The notes under the pieces were generated by a model, which was given only the letters and a program-made list of their open reading frames with translations, was not told where the DNA came from and ran no database searches. Positions 55,900 through 64,000 of a stretch of DNA of 64,000 nt are shown here, one piece after another (the stretch's first letter is position 1; every line of letters starts with the position of its first letter). Source of the DNA: Candidatus Lloydbacteria bacterium RIFCSPHIGHO2_02_FULL_50_18. GTDB lineage: Bacteria; Patescibacteriota; Minisyncoccia; Phycocordibacterales; UBA6899. The DNA lies in the NCBI GenBank assembly GCA_001821395.1, contig MHLM01000004.1, forward strand, positions 32,001 to 96,000, in the 5' to 3' direction. A program made the translations under genes and the position numbers.

Positions 55900-56856
55900 T
55901 TGATCGACCTATCGCGAAGGTGTCTCGTGTCTTCCGCTCAGGTAGTTTATACTTACTTCATGCCCGTGTCCGTTAAGCATCATTTGATCGTCGTCGGTAT
56001 TTTGATGACGGTGGTCATCGCACTTTTGGGCGTGCTTGTCGTACTCACCAAGCAGCTCGGCTTACTAGAAAAAGAACCGTTGTTTCCTGCCATGGAATAC
56101 ATCAACGAAGAAGAGATCGTTGTCATTTCGCCAAGTGACGGTCAAAAAGAAGAGGTCGTCCTCCCCGTATCAAAGGTACTTTTTGAATACATCGAAGTTA
56201 CCGACGGATGCGGGCCGCATTTCGCAGGAACGTGTTTGAACGTCCGCTCCGGACCCGGAGAGGATTATCCTGTGGTGACGCAGCTTCGGACCGGCGTCGT
56301 GCTAAAAGTTGGGGGGAAGGTGGAGCGTGACGGACGCGTGTGGTATAAGATCGCGTTCAATGAATGGATCCGCTACCCTCTGCGTGTGGTGGGGGATTGG
56401 TATGTCTCTGCTGATTACGTGAACGCGCTCATGAATGAGGGTGATCGTGACCATTCGGACGGGCAAAATGGAACAAGTACGAAGCGCATCATCGTAGAGC
56501 GTTGGACGCAAAAACTGTACGCATACGAGGGTGAGGAATTATTCATGGAAGCAAAGATCTCTACTGGCGTTGAGCTCACGCCCACACCGCGGGGAACATT
56601 CACTGTTTTCAAAAAAACACCGAGCCGCTACATGCAGGGTCCTATTCCCGGTATTGCGGAAGAATACTACGATCTTCCCGGAGTGCCATGGAATCTCTAT
56701 TTCACCCATGATGGCGCGGTCATCCATGGGGCGTACTGGCATGACAATTTTGGACGCAGGTCGTCGCATGGTTGTGTAAATCTGCCGCCCGATCTGGCAA
56801 AAAAACTTTATCTTTGGGCTGATGTGGGGATGCAGGTGATTGTCCGAGATAAATAA
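55900..56856 (+). CDS. L,D-transpeptidase (YkuD family)
   Basis: Catalytic HGAYWHDNFGRRSSHGCVNLPP, an N-terminal TM helix and a possible SH3b-like middle domain. Confidence 0.75.
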   Translation: MIDLSRRCLVSSAQVVYTYFMPVSVKHHLIVVGILMTVVIALLGVLVVLTKQLGLLEKEPLFPAMEYINEEEIVVISPSDGQKEEVVLPVSKVLFEYIEVTDGCGPHFAGTCLNVRSGPGEDYPVVTQLRTGVVLKVGGKVERDGRVWYKIAFNEWIRYPLRVVGDWYVSADYVNALMNEGDRDHSDGQNGTSTKRIIVERWTQKLYAYEGEELFMEAKISTGVELTPTPRGTFTVFKKTPSRYMQGPIPGIAEEYYDLPGVPWNLYFTHDGAVIHGAYWHDNFGRRSSHGCVNLPPDLAKKLYLWADVGMQVIVRDK

Positions 56857-56883
56857 CGTCGACACAGAAAAGGGTCGCTATTA

Positions 56884-57579
56884 TTGCGTTTGTGTGGTAG
56901 AACTCTCCGCATGATAATCAGTACCACCCTTTTCCTGAATTTTCTCATTGGCGCCTCCGTTTTGGCTTCCGGTGTTGAAGCAGAGCCATTTTTCGATATT
57001 TCTGGCCCGTCCTTCGTCGTTCCGACCGCGATGAGTTTCTCTGCTGTTCCTCTTGCTCCGCTTAATTTGAGCATTTCGGCGACGGTGCCGACCGTTCCAT
57101 TCTATTCCCAATTCGCGGACATTCATGAGGCGAAATGGCAGAAGGTTGGCTGCGGAGTGACTAGTCTTGCGATGATTATTGAATATTATCGCCCCGGGAC
57201 GGTCTCGGTGGATACATTGCTCCGAGAGGGTATCGCATCAGGTGCATATCTTTCGAATGCCGGATGGAAACATCGCGAGCTTGCCCTCTTAAGCGAGCGG
57301 TACGGTTTGGAAGGCAGGAGCTACGACTTTGCTCGTGAGACAAGAGTTGATGCATTTGCTCATCTTCAGGAATCATTGGACGTAGGCCCGGTCATTGCAT
57401 CGGTGCATTATAAGTTCGATCCGAAAAGCACGATCCCGCATCTCGTTGTCATCACAGGAATTGAGCGTGACCGCGTATACTACAATGATCCGGCCGGGCA
57501 CACTCCCGGTCAGTCGGTTGCTACCGATGATTTTCTTAAGAGTTGGAAAAAGAGATTTATTACCATACGGCCGGCATAA
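56884..57579 (+). CDS. secreted C39-like papain-fold cysteine peptidase domain protein
   Basis: Signal peptide; KVGCGVTSLAMIIEYY matches the C39_2 catalytic Cys context; His downstream (IPHLVVITG). Confidence 0.5.
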   Translation: MRLCGRTLRMIISTTLFLNFLIGASVLASGVEAEPFFDISGPSFVVPTAMSFSAVPLAPLNLSISATVPTVPFYSQFADIHEAKWQKVGCGVTSLAMIIEYYRPGTVSVDTLLREGIASGAYLSNAGWKHRELALLSERYGLEGRSYDFARETRVDAFAHLQESLDVGPVIASVHYKFDPKSTIPHLVVITGIERDRVYYNDPAGHTPGQSVATDDFLKSWKKRFITIRPA

Positions 57580-57605
57580 GAAACACGGTTTGTGTCTATC
57601 AACGA

Positions 57606-58496
57606 TCACCGCACGGCATCAGTGAATACGACCAACCTCTCTGAATAGCTTAATTGTCCCGGATTCCAGGTGCCTTCACAGGTAATGATATTTAGATGTG
57701 CACCGCCATCTGCCGATACAAAAACAGTAGTAGCATCGGAATTTGGATCATAGAGACGACTCTCACGAACTGCGTATGTGAACGACTCTCCTCTGTCGTT
57801 AGTCACCGATAATCTGTCTCCCGCACGCAGCTCCCTTAGGTTCATGAAGACGCCCGGCTTCGTCAGCACTCCTCCGCGTATCTGGGCAACATGACCGGTC
57901 ATGACGGCGGTACCTATTTCTCCCGGTTGCGCACTTCCGGTGAACCATCCCACGTCGACAATGTTGTTTGGTATTTCCATTGCCCCGGCTTGTGTGAGAC
58001 CGTTGTGTTGAACATTTGCATCGACATTGAGCTTGGGGATATTGAGACGAATCGGTAATCCGCTATTGGTGTCGACCATCGGGATGGTTGTCGTTCCTGC
58101 AGTCGGTGCTGTTGTCGTCCCGACGATGATGTCCGGTATACGAATCACACTGATCGGAACTGCAGTGGTAGTGATATATAATTTTGCTCTCGAAATTGGG
58201 CCAAAAAAACCGACTGAAGGAGCAATGTCCATTGACGCCTGCCATTTCCCGAGCGCGGTCCTTGTGAGTGCTCCAAAGTAGCCAGTTGGGGTAGCAATGT
58301 TGAGAAATCCACCCGCAATCAAAAATTGTTGCAGTGCTGACACGTCACTCCCTCGAGCTCCCACCGTAAGGTTGCGCGTGAAGGTAAGTTCAGCAGCTGA
58401 GAAGGCAGAAGGTGCACTTTCCGCACTTGCATTACTTCCCAGCATTGAAGCAGCAAGCAGTAACGCGATAAGGTGTATTTTAGTTGATTGTCTCAT
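57606..58496 (-). CDS. peptidoglycan-binding domain + sortase-fold transpeptidase-like protein
   Basis: Signal peptide, a PG_binding_1-like segment (LQQFLIAGGFLNIATPTGYFGALTRTAL), then VMTGH...LNIITCEG...ERLVVFTDAVR resembling the sortase His/TLxTC/Arg motifs. Confidence 0.55.
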   Translation of the reverse strand: MRQSTKIHLIALLLAASMLGSNASAESAPSAFSAAELTFTRNLTVGARGSDVSALQQFLIAGGFLNIATPTGYFGALTRTALGKWQASMDIAPSVGFFGPISRAKLYITTTAVPISVIRIPDIIVGTTTAPTAGTTTIPMVDTNSGLPIRLNIPKLNVDANVQHNGLTQAGAMEIPNNIVDVGWFTGSAQPGEIGTAVMTGHVAQIRGGVLTKPGVFMNLRELRAGDRLSVTNDRGESFTYAVRESRLYDPNSDATTVFVSADGGAHLNIITCEGTWNPGQLSYSERLVVFTDAVR

Positions 58497-58512
58497 TGGG
58501 GTAGTATGCCAT

Positions 58513-58881
58513 TTATTCGCATGGAGCGAAATTGCAATCTGGAGGCAGGCGCAATGAGAATGAGCCATCCGGGCAACTTCTCGCGTCTGCGGTACACGTG
58601 ACGACGAGTCCTTCCGCCGTCGATGCCTTGGGCACGTCGGACACTCCGTTTGTTATCGCAAACGTAATCTGCTCATTGGGGCATCGATCAAATGTACAAT
58701 CGGGACCGGTGCGACCCACCGCGGATCCGTCAGGGCATATCTTTGCTTCAGCAGTGCAGGAACCAGCAGTTACACCAGTGCTGGGATACCATGGTAGTAT
58801 GAACGCGAAGATGAGGATGATGAGCGATACAATGATACCGACCTTACCGAGCACGATGACCTTCTTTTTCTCTAACTTCAT
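58513..58881 (-). CDS. small secreted Cys-rich protein
   Basis: TM/signal helix then repeated CP(D)GS units (CTAEAKICPDGS, CTFDRCP, CTADARSCPDGS, CNFAPCE). Confidence 0.35.
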   Translation of the reverse strand: MKLEKKKVIVLGKVGIIVSLIILIFAFILPWYPSTGVTAGSCTAEAKICPDGSAVGRTGPDCTFDRCPNEQITFAITNGVSDVPKASTAEGLVVTCTADARSCPDGSFSLRLPPDCNFAPCE

Positions 58882-58951
58882 TAGTATAGTATATGCCTCA
58901 CAAGCGAAAAATGCATCTTGAGAAGGTGCACCGCTTGCTCCATGAGAACCC

Positions 58952-59455
58952 ATGCGAGATGATATTTATTCCGCGTTAATGATCCTGCGACCCATGATAA
59001 TAAAAGAAAAATGGCGAGAGCATCCTTTGTATAAGCAGGGGAAAATAGAATTAGTGCCGACCGATTGGGTCTGGCAATACTTCGGGCGCGACGTCTCACC
59101 GGAGGCGGATCTGATGGACGGTACGCTCGTCTCCATGGATACGCTATGGGAAAATATTTGCGAAGAGGGATTGTATGATCCGCTCATCATGCGCATCGGG
59201 CTAGGGAATAAGAAGTTTCGTCTCGAGTCCGGTAATCACCGCATCCAAGTCTTTCATGAGCACGGAGTAGCGATGGTGCCCCTCACGGTTGAAGTGAGAG
59301 AAGCGTGCGGACCGGAGCTCCCCGATGTGATGACTGACGCGACGCACAATTTTGATGCTCCGGACGGATTTCTTATTTCAGTGATCACGGATGCACACAT
59401 GAAGCCAAGTGAAGTTTTTCAAGATATTAAAGATATGCAGAACAATAACTCATGA
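58952..59455 (+). CDS. ParB/Srx-fold-like hypothetical protein
   Basis: DPLIMRIGLGNKKFRLESGNHRIQ resembles the ParB-nuclease P..V.....f.L.dG.HR core. Confidence 0.3.
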   Translation: MRDDIYSALMILRPMIIKEKWREHPLYKQGKIELVPTDWVWQYFGRDVSPEADLMDGTLVSMDTLWENICEEGLYDPLIMRIGLGNKKFRLESGNHRIQVFHEHGVAMVPLTVEVREACGPELPDVMTDATHNFDAPDGFLISVITDAHMKPSEVFQDIKDMQNNNS

Positions 59456-59856
59456 ATATCGTTGAACGAGTAAAAAAACTGGATCTTCCCGCGGGGGAAT
59501 ATGTCGTCGTTGGGAGTGGTATTCTTGATGCCCTTCACATACGAGAGGCACAAGATATTGATATTGCAGTAGTGCCGGCATTGCTGGCACGACTCCGTGC
59601 TAAAGGAGGATGGGAAGAGGAGGAGCGCTATGGAAAAGTATTTCTTAAAAAGGGTGATATTGAGATCATTCCTCAGCTTTCTTGGGAAGATTATCCTACA
59701 ACCACTGAAGAAGCTATTGATTCAGCAATGATCATTGAGGGAGTGCCGTTCATGAACTTAGCGGAGTTGTGCAAATTTAAAAAGGCCCTTGGGCGAGAAA
59801 AGGACCAAACGGATATTGCGTTGATCAATGCATATAAAGAAGCGCACGCTTTGTAG
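59452..59856 (+). CDS. nucleotidyltransferase-fold (MNT/pol-beta-like) protein
   Basis: Start overlaps the upstream stop (ATGA). GEYVVVGSGILDAL...DIDIAVV is a minimal NTase signature (GS...D.D). Confidence 0.5.
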   Translation: MNIVERVKKLDLPAGEYVVVGSGILDALHIREAQDIDIAVVPALLARLRAKGGWEEEERYGKVFLKKGDIEIIPQLSWEDYPTTTEEAIDSAMIIEGVPFMNLAELCKFKKALGREKDQTDIALINAYKEAHAL

Positions 59857-59912
59857 GATGGATAGATCCCGCGCGCCCATACAAAAAATTCGAAACTCGC
59901 TATACTGCATTC

Positions 59913-60518
59913 ATGGTGAATATTTTTATTGCGCGGCACGGGCAAGACGTCGACAATCGTAATGGTATCCTGAATGGTCATCGCGACCTGCCGCTCACTG
60001 AAAAGGGAATCGCAGAAGCGCACCAGGTTGCTGATCTCATCAGTGCGGCAAAGTTGCATTTTGATGCAGTCTACACCTCGCCGCTTTTGCGTGCGTCTGA
60101 AACGGCAGCGATCATCACAACGGTACAGGGAGGCCCAATGCCCATAAAAGAAGACCTGCTCATCGAGCGCGACTTTGGCATTATGACCGGGAAAAAGGTC
60201 GCCGATATCTCCATGCTCTGTGCATCGGACATACTCATCACGGATATGGCCACGTACTTTCTCGAGCCGTTCGGTGCGGAAACATTTCCCGATCTCTTAA
60301 AGCGATCACGGCTTCTGCTCGACAAGCTCGAAAAGCTTCATCCGTCCGGGAATATTCTCCTCGTTGCTCATGGTGATATTGGAAAGATGCTTTACGCGGA
60401 ATATTATCATTTGCATTGGGAAGAAGTGCTCATGCAGTTTCATTTCGGCAATTGCGATCTACTCCTTCTCTCCGCAGATTCGCCGGCGAGCGCATCTCAC
60501 GTTTTTCAGATCCGTTAA
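59913..60518 (+). CDS. histidine phosphatase family (phosphoglycerate-mutase-like) protein
   Basis: IARHGQDVDN...GHRDLPLTEKG (RHG motif) and TSPLLRASETA. Confidence 0.7.
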   Translation: MVNIFIARHGQDVDNRNGILNGHRDLPLTEKGIAEAHQVADLISAAKLHFDAVYTSPLLRASETAAIITTVQGGPMPIKEDLLIERDFGIMTGKKVADISMLCASDILITDMATYFLEPFGAETFPDLLKRSRLLLDKLEKLHPSGNILLVAHGDIGKMLYAEYYHLHWEEVLMQFHFGNCDLLLLSADSPASASHVFQIR

Positions 60519-60662
60519 CACGATCATTGATCTCATGCGTTATCTCACGTCCCCCAGTACCCTCGGGGTTCCCTGCGCGACAGAGGTTTTTGGAGTACAG
60601 TGAATTCAAAAAAGGTAATTAAAAACCCCGCAGAGAATGCGGGGTGAAATGAACGAGAACGA

Positions 60663-61181
60663 TCACTTGGGAACTACGGCGAAACGCACCTGCTCATGCC
60701 ATCCGAGTACTCCCGCTCCGATGGGGTAGATCATCCGAATGCTGGTCTCTGCTTTGGTTGCCGTGCGCATGAGGATGACCGCAATGTGTCCGTTCTTGTT
60801 AAGCCAAGGAGAGCCGAGTGCGATGATCGGAGGACCACTCTTATTAAGCAATGTCGGATCTGCCGCGATCATTGCAAGTGTCTCATGGAGTGTTGCCGGA
60901 CGGTAACCCATTAGTGCGATCTTCTTCAACGCTTCGTCACCGACCACGTACTGGTCAATCGAAATGAGTTCGACCGCAACCACGATCTTCCCTTTTTCCA
61001 TCCTCGGGAAGTTCTCTTCCTTGACGGCCGGTCCGACATCATCAAACCTTGCGTTCGTGATCATCTGTCGAAGTGACTGGCTGTAGTCAACAGTGACCGT
61101 GTATCTTTCTGCGAATGCCGGGGATATCGGCAAGAAGCAGAGCAAAGATACGAATACGCTGGCAAGCATACGCTGGAACAT
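60663..61181 (-). CDS. secreted hypothetical protein
   Basis: Signal peptide MFQRMLASVFVSLLCFLPISPAFA; 172 aa. Confidence 0.45.
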   Translation of the reverse strand: MFQRMLASVFVSLLCFLPISPAFAERYTVTVDYSQSLRQMITNARFDDVGPAVKEENFPRMEKGKIVVAVELISIDQYVVGDEALKKIALMGYRPATLHETLAMIAADPTLLNKSGPPIIALGSPWLNKNGHIAVILMRTATKAETSIRMIYPIGAGVLGWHEQVRFAVVPK

Positions 61182-61359
61182 AACAGATCTCCTTAATGGT
61201 GAACAACGTTGAACTCTGCCCCATTGTTTATCACCTCTCTATTCCCGTGTCAAACGTTATGGCAAAATAAGCCGTACGATGTCCGGATAAATGAATGACG
61301 CTTTACGAGTAAATTATTGGCGCGTACCATTGTCTCTATGTTATCATCATTTTTGTCGT

Positions 61360-61368
61360 GGGGGGGGG
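61360..61368. repeat. G9 homopolymeric tract in a 460-bp divergent intergenic region
   Basis: GTCGTGGGGGGGGGCTCG. Three overlapping short ORFs in different frames surround it. Confidence 0.6.
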
Positions 61369-61644
61369 CTCGATGGCGACGCAAAGATCGCTCAGTGGAA
61401 AAAACAGGTGGAAGGATTTATGCCTATCATTTCCGGCGCACGCATGGAAGAGGATTATCTCAATTTTGCTTTTCTGCAAAAAATCAGCACTCCCGCATCG
61501 GGAAAAGCATCTGCATAGCGGTTTCGGTCGGTATGTACTCGGTCATTTTAGTTGCATAATGAGTGCGCGCAAGTGCCTTCTTGCTTGGAATTGGCCGAAT
61601 GGGGTGGTACAGTTAACCCGTAGTTAATTACATAATAAAAAGAT

Positions 61645-61980
61645 ATGGCAGCAAAAAAAGTAGCAGCAAAAAAGGCAGTCGCTAAAAAAGCAGTAGCAAA
61701 AAAGGCGGTCGCAAAGAAACCTGCAGCAAAAAAGGTCAATTCCGCATTTATGAAACCAATGACGATCAGCGCCGAGCTTGCTCTTGTCGTCGGAAAAGGT
61801 CCGATGCCTCGTTCAGAGGTCGTGAAGAAGCTCTGGGTTTATATCAAGAAGCATGATCTTCAGGATGCAAAAAATAAGCGCAATATCAACGGCGATGCGG
61901 CATTGGTTGCGGTATTCGGCGGAAAGAAGACCGTCAACATGTTTGAAATGACGAAGCTTGTGTCGAAACATCTTTCATAA
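61645..61980 (+). CDS. SWIB/MDM2-domain protein with an N-terminal histone-H1-like KAAK repeat tail (putative nucleoid-associated protein)
   Basis: N-terminus is (A)KKAVAKK x5. The C-terminus TISAELALVVGKGPMPRSEVVKKLWVYIKKHDLQD...KRNINGDAAL..VFG...V.MFEM.KLVSKHL matches the SWIB fold consensus. CATAAT lies 8 nt upstream of the ATG. Confidence 0.7.
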   Translation: MAAKKVAAKKAVAKKAVAKKAVAKKPAAKKVNSAFMKPMTISAELALVVGKGPMPRSEVVKKLWVYIKKHDLQDAKNKRNINGDAALVAVFGGKKTVNMFEMTKLVSKHLS

Positions 61981-62080
61981 GACAAACTTAAGTATGAGCA
62001 AAAGCCCGCAATGTCTGCCTCTGCAGACAGGCGGGCTTTTGTGTTTCTTGTGCGCAGTTCTGTTATAATTTGCGCATTCT

Positions 62081-62398
62081 ATGACTATATTTACTGAGCG
62101 CGTGATAAGGGCGGCACTTTCGATACCGAGGGGGAGGGTGACCACGTATGGCCGTATTGCCCGTGCTGCGGGAGGTGGCGGCATGTCGGCGCGTAGTGTG
62201 ACGGGGATACTCGGAAAAGCCTATGATGCGGGTGAGACACGAATACCTTTCCACCGTATTATTTACGCCGACGGAAAGGTCTGGGTGGATGATGCGCATC
62301 GGGCAAAACGCATGAAACTTTATAAAGAGGAGGGGGTCATGCTCGACAAGGGTGACCGAGTGAAAAATTTCGCCGACATTGTCTTTGATTTTAAATAA
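62081..62398 (+). CDS. alkyltransferase-like (ATL) protein: MGMT DNA-binding domain with Phe in place of the acceptor Cys
   Basis: RGRVTTYGRIA...RIPFHRIIYADG: the PCHRV active-site motif is PFHRI here. Confidence 0.65.
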   Translation: MTIFTERVIRAALSIPRGRVTTYGRIARAAGGGGMSARSVTGILGKAYDAGETRIPFHRIIYADGKVWVDDAHRAKRMKLYKEEGVMLDKGDRVKNFADIVFDFK

Positions 62399-62407
62399 CA
62401 GAAGCAG

Positions 62408-63112
62408 ATGCAAACAGCGTTACATATTGAACGTGCATTGAAGAAGGTGGGCACCGCAAAGAGGGCCGCTTCTTCTGCGAGGTTTTTTAAAACAGGAAAA
62501 GGAGAGTATGGTCAGGGTGACATATTTGTCGGGGTCACCGTACCCGAACAGCGCAAGCTCGCGAAGGAGTACGCAACGCTTCCGCAGGGTGAGATCGCCA
62601 AACTCCTGAAGCGTCGCATCCATGAATGCCGATTGACCGCACTCATCTTATTGATCGGACAGTACAAGAGTGGGGATGAGGCTGCGCGCACGAAGATCGC
62701 GAGGTTTTATCTCGCCCGCACGAAGTACGTCAACAGCTGGGATCTGGTCGATGTATCTGCGGGTGCAATTCTTGGTACGCACTTACTCACGCGTGATCGC
62801 AGGATCCTTTATCGTCTTGCGCGTTCAAAGAACATCTGGGAACGTCGGATCGCCATCATCGCAACACTCGCGTTCATCAAAGCGGGTGACGTTCATGACA
62901 CACTCCTGCTTGCTGAACTCTTACTCGCGGATACGCACGACCTCATGCACAAGGCGGTCGGCTGGATGCTCCGTGAGGTGGGCAAGCAGGCTCGTCCCGC
63001 GTTGGTCTGTTTCTTGAAAATCAATGCGGCGCATATGCCTCGCACCGCTTTGCGCTACGCAATCGAGCATTTCGGTGAAGCGGAGCGTAAGAAATTTTTA
63101 CGTGCAACATAA
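62408..63112 (+). CDS. DNA alkylation repair enzyme (AlkD/AlkC-type HEAT-like repeat glycosylase family)
   Basis: RFFKTGKGEYGQGDIFVGVTVP...WDLVD...MHKAVGWMLRE pattern of PF08713; 234 aa. Confidence 0.65.
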   Translation: MQTALHIERALKKVGTAKRAASSARFFKTGKGEYGQGDIFVGVTVPEQRKLAKEYATLPQGEIAKLLKRRIHECRLTALILLIGQYKSGDEAARTKIARFYLARTKYVNSWDLVDVSAGAILGTHLLTRDRRILYRLARSKNIWERRIAIIATLAFIKAGDVHDTLLLAELLLADTHDLMHKAVGWMLREVGKQARPALVCFLKINAAHMPRTALRYAIEHFGEAERKKFLRAT

Positions 63113-63363
63113 AGCTTTGAAAGTGGTCGCTATCGTTGGGGTTTGCCTTTGTGGTGTGGGTTACGTTATTATGTGATGGCTCGGCTACGACGTAGCCTGA
63201 TCAAAGAGCTACGATAAGAGATTGTCTCTATTTAATAATTTCATTTGCATATATGGAGCAGCAGCACGAACACGAGGTTGAGGAGAGAATAGAAGCAGAG
63301 GTACCCGCATCTGTTTCGGACAATGAGCCGAAGGAGGCTGTATCGAAAGGAAAAGGAGAGTTT

Positions 63364-63942
63364 ATGATTAGCAAGAAGATGATTCTCATGGTTGCGGTCG
63401 TCGTCCTCATCGCGTTGGTTGCATATTACTATCGCGGAGTGTTCGTCGCGGCGACGGTGAATGGTAGTCCGATCAGTCGTCTCGAAGTCATCCGTGCGCT
63501 TGAAAAGGCTTCCGGAAAACAGGTGCTTGAATCGCTCATTGTTCAGAGGGTACTTGTTGCTGAGGCAAAGTCGCTTGGCGTCACGGTGACGAGTGATGAA
63601 ATACAGGCGGAAATTGCGCGGATCGAAAAACAGGTCGGCGCGCAAGGTGGAACACTTGAAGACGCGCTTGCCGCACAAGGGCTCTCGCTTGCTGATTTTA
63701 CCAAGCAGGTGGTCATGCAGATCCAGGTGGAAAAGATGCTCGGCGAGAAGGTTGCCGTCACCCCGGCTGAAGTTGATGCGTATATTGAGACAAGTAAACT
63801 GAAGATCCCCGAGGAGCAGATGGAGCTCGCACGAACATCCATTGCCGACCAGTTAAAGCGGGACAAGATGAACAAAGAAGGACAGGCATTTGTCGATTCA
63901 TTGCGCACAAAAGCGAAGGTTTCTCTATTTGTCCAGTACTAA
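63364..63942 (+). CDS. membrane-anchored SurA-N/PpiC-type chaperone-like protein
   Basis: N-terminal TM helix then ATVNGSPISRLEVIRALEK...QVLESLIVQRVLVAEAKSLGVTVTSDEIQAEI, resembling a SurA N-domain. An alternative start lies at 63253. Confidence 0.4.
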   Translation: MISKKMILMVAVVVLIALVAYYYRGVFVAATVNGSPISRLEVIRALEKASGKQVLESLIVQRVLVAEAKSLGVTVTSDEIQAEIARIEKQVGAQGGTLEDALAAQGLSLADFTKQVVMQIQVEKMLGEKVAVTPAEVDAYIETSKLKIPEEQMELARTSIADQLKRDKMNKEGQAFVDSLRTKAKVSLFVQY

Positions 63943-64000
63943 ACAGCTCGTGCCGCTTCTGTCGGCACAATGCAATGCAATATTCTGTCTATATCCTTCG

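Noticed and set aside
61548-61739. 63-aa minus-strand ORF (FFAT-repeat peptide)
   Set aside because: Antisense translation of the KAAK-repeat region of the SWIB protein gene.

Overview
This 64-kb window is gene-dense with roughly 50% GC. The gene content (PBP1A, sortase-like protein, L,D-transpeptidase, LytM) points to a small-genome bacterium with a Gram-positive-like envelope, possibly a CPR/Patescibacteria-like lineage; this placement is an inference.

Block 1 (about 3.3-19.7 kb) is a complete type IV pilus / competence-type machinery. comFC sits divergently upstream. The cluster then runs pilM-pilN-pilO-(pilP-like), pilB, a CheY-like receiver, pilT, pilC, an ABC-2 exporter pair, the major pilin, the prepilin peptidase pilD and four minor pilins.

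Block 2 is housekeeping: ligA, gatC-gatA, prfB, ftsE/ftsX, pyrG, PBP1A, a Pif1-family helicase, an SbmA/BacA transporter and TspO. A TfoX-N-like protein also sits here.

Block 3 is an accessory-looking tail (45-64 kb). It holds an XRE/DUF2975 pair, a SET-domain protein, an ECF sigma/anti-sigma pair, and a CrtC/AttH-like protein next to an MFS transporter. Cell-wall remodelling enzymes follow: M23, L,D-transpeptidase, a C39-like peptidase and a PG-binding sortase. It ends with a ParB-like/NTase pair, an ATL + AlkD alkylation-repair pair and a SWIB-domain protein with a histone-H1-like KAAK tail.

Eight tRNAs lie in three loci. The most unusual signal is non-coding: each tRNA locus is followed downstream by small tRNA-3'-end-mimic modules of 130-230 nt. 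Each module has an inverted copy of the neighbouring tRNA's T-loop/T-stem, an insert, and a direct copy of the T-stem/acceptor 3' strand, and often carries a hairpin with a CTGC loop. Inserts are modular and shared between loci. One 75-nt module is about 97% identical downstream of two different tRNAs. These sit within a wider family of modular intergenic repeats, hairpin repeats and tRNA fragment duplications.

Other notable items:
- a transporter gene bracketed by 113-bp direct repeats with a 34-bp perfectly conserved promoter-like core;
- a membrane-anchored HEPN-like (Rx4H) protein co-operonic with gatCA;
- RF2 without a programmed frameshift;
- several TATAAT boxes 8-9 nt upstream of ATGs, suggesting leaderless mRNAs.

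No CRISPR array, rRNA or recognisable IS/transposase was seen.
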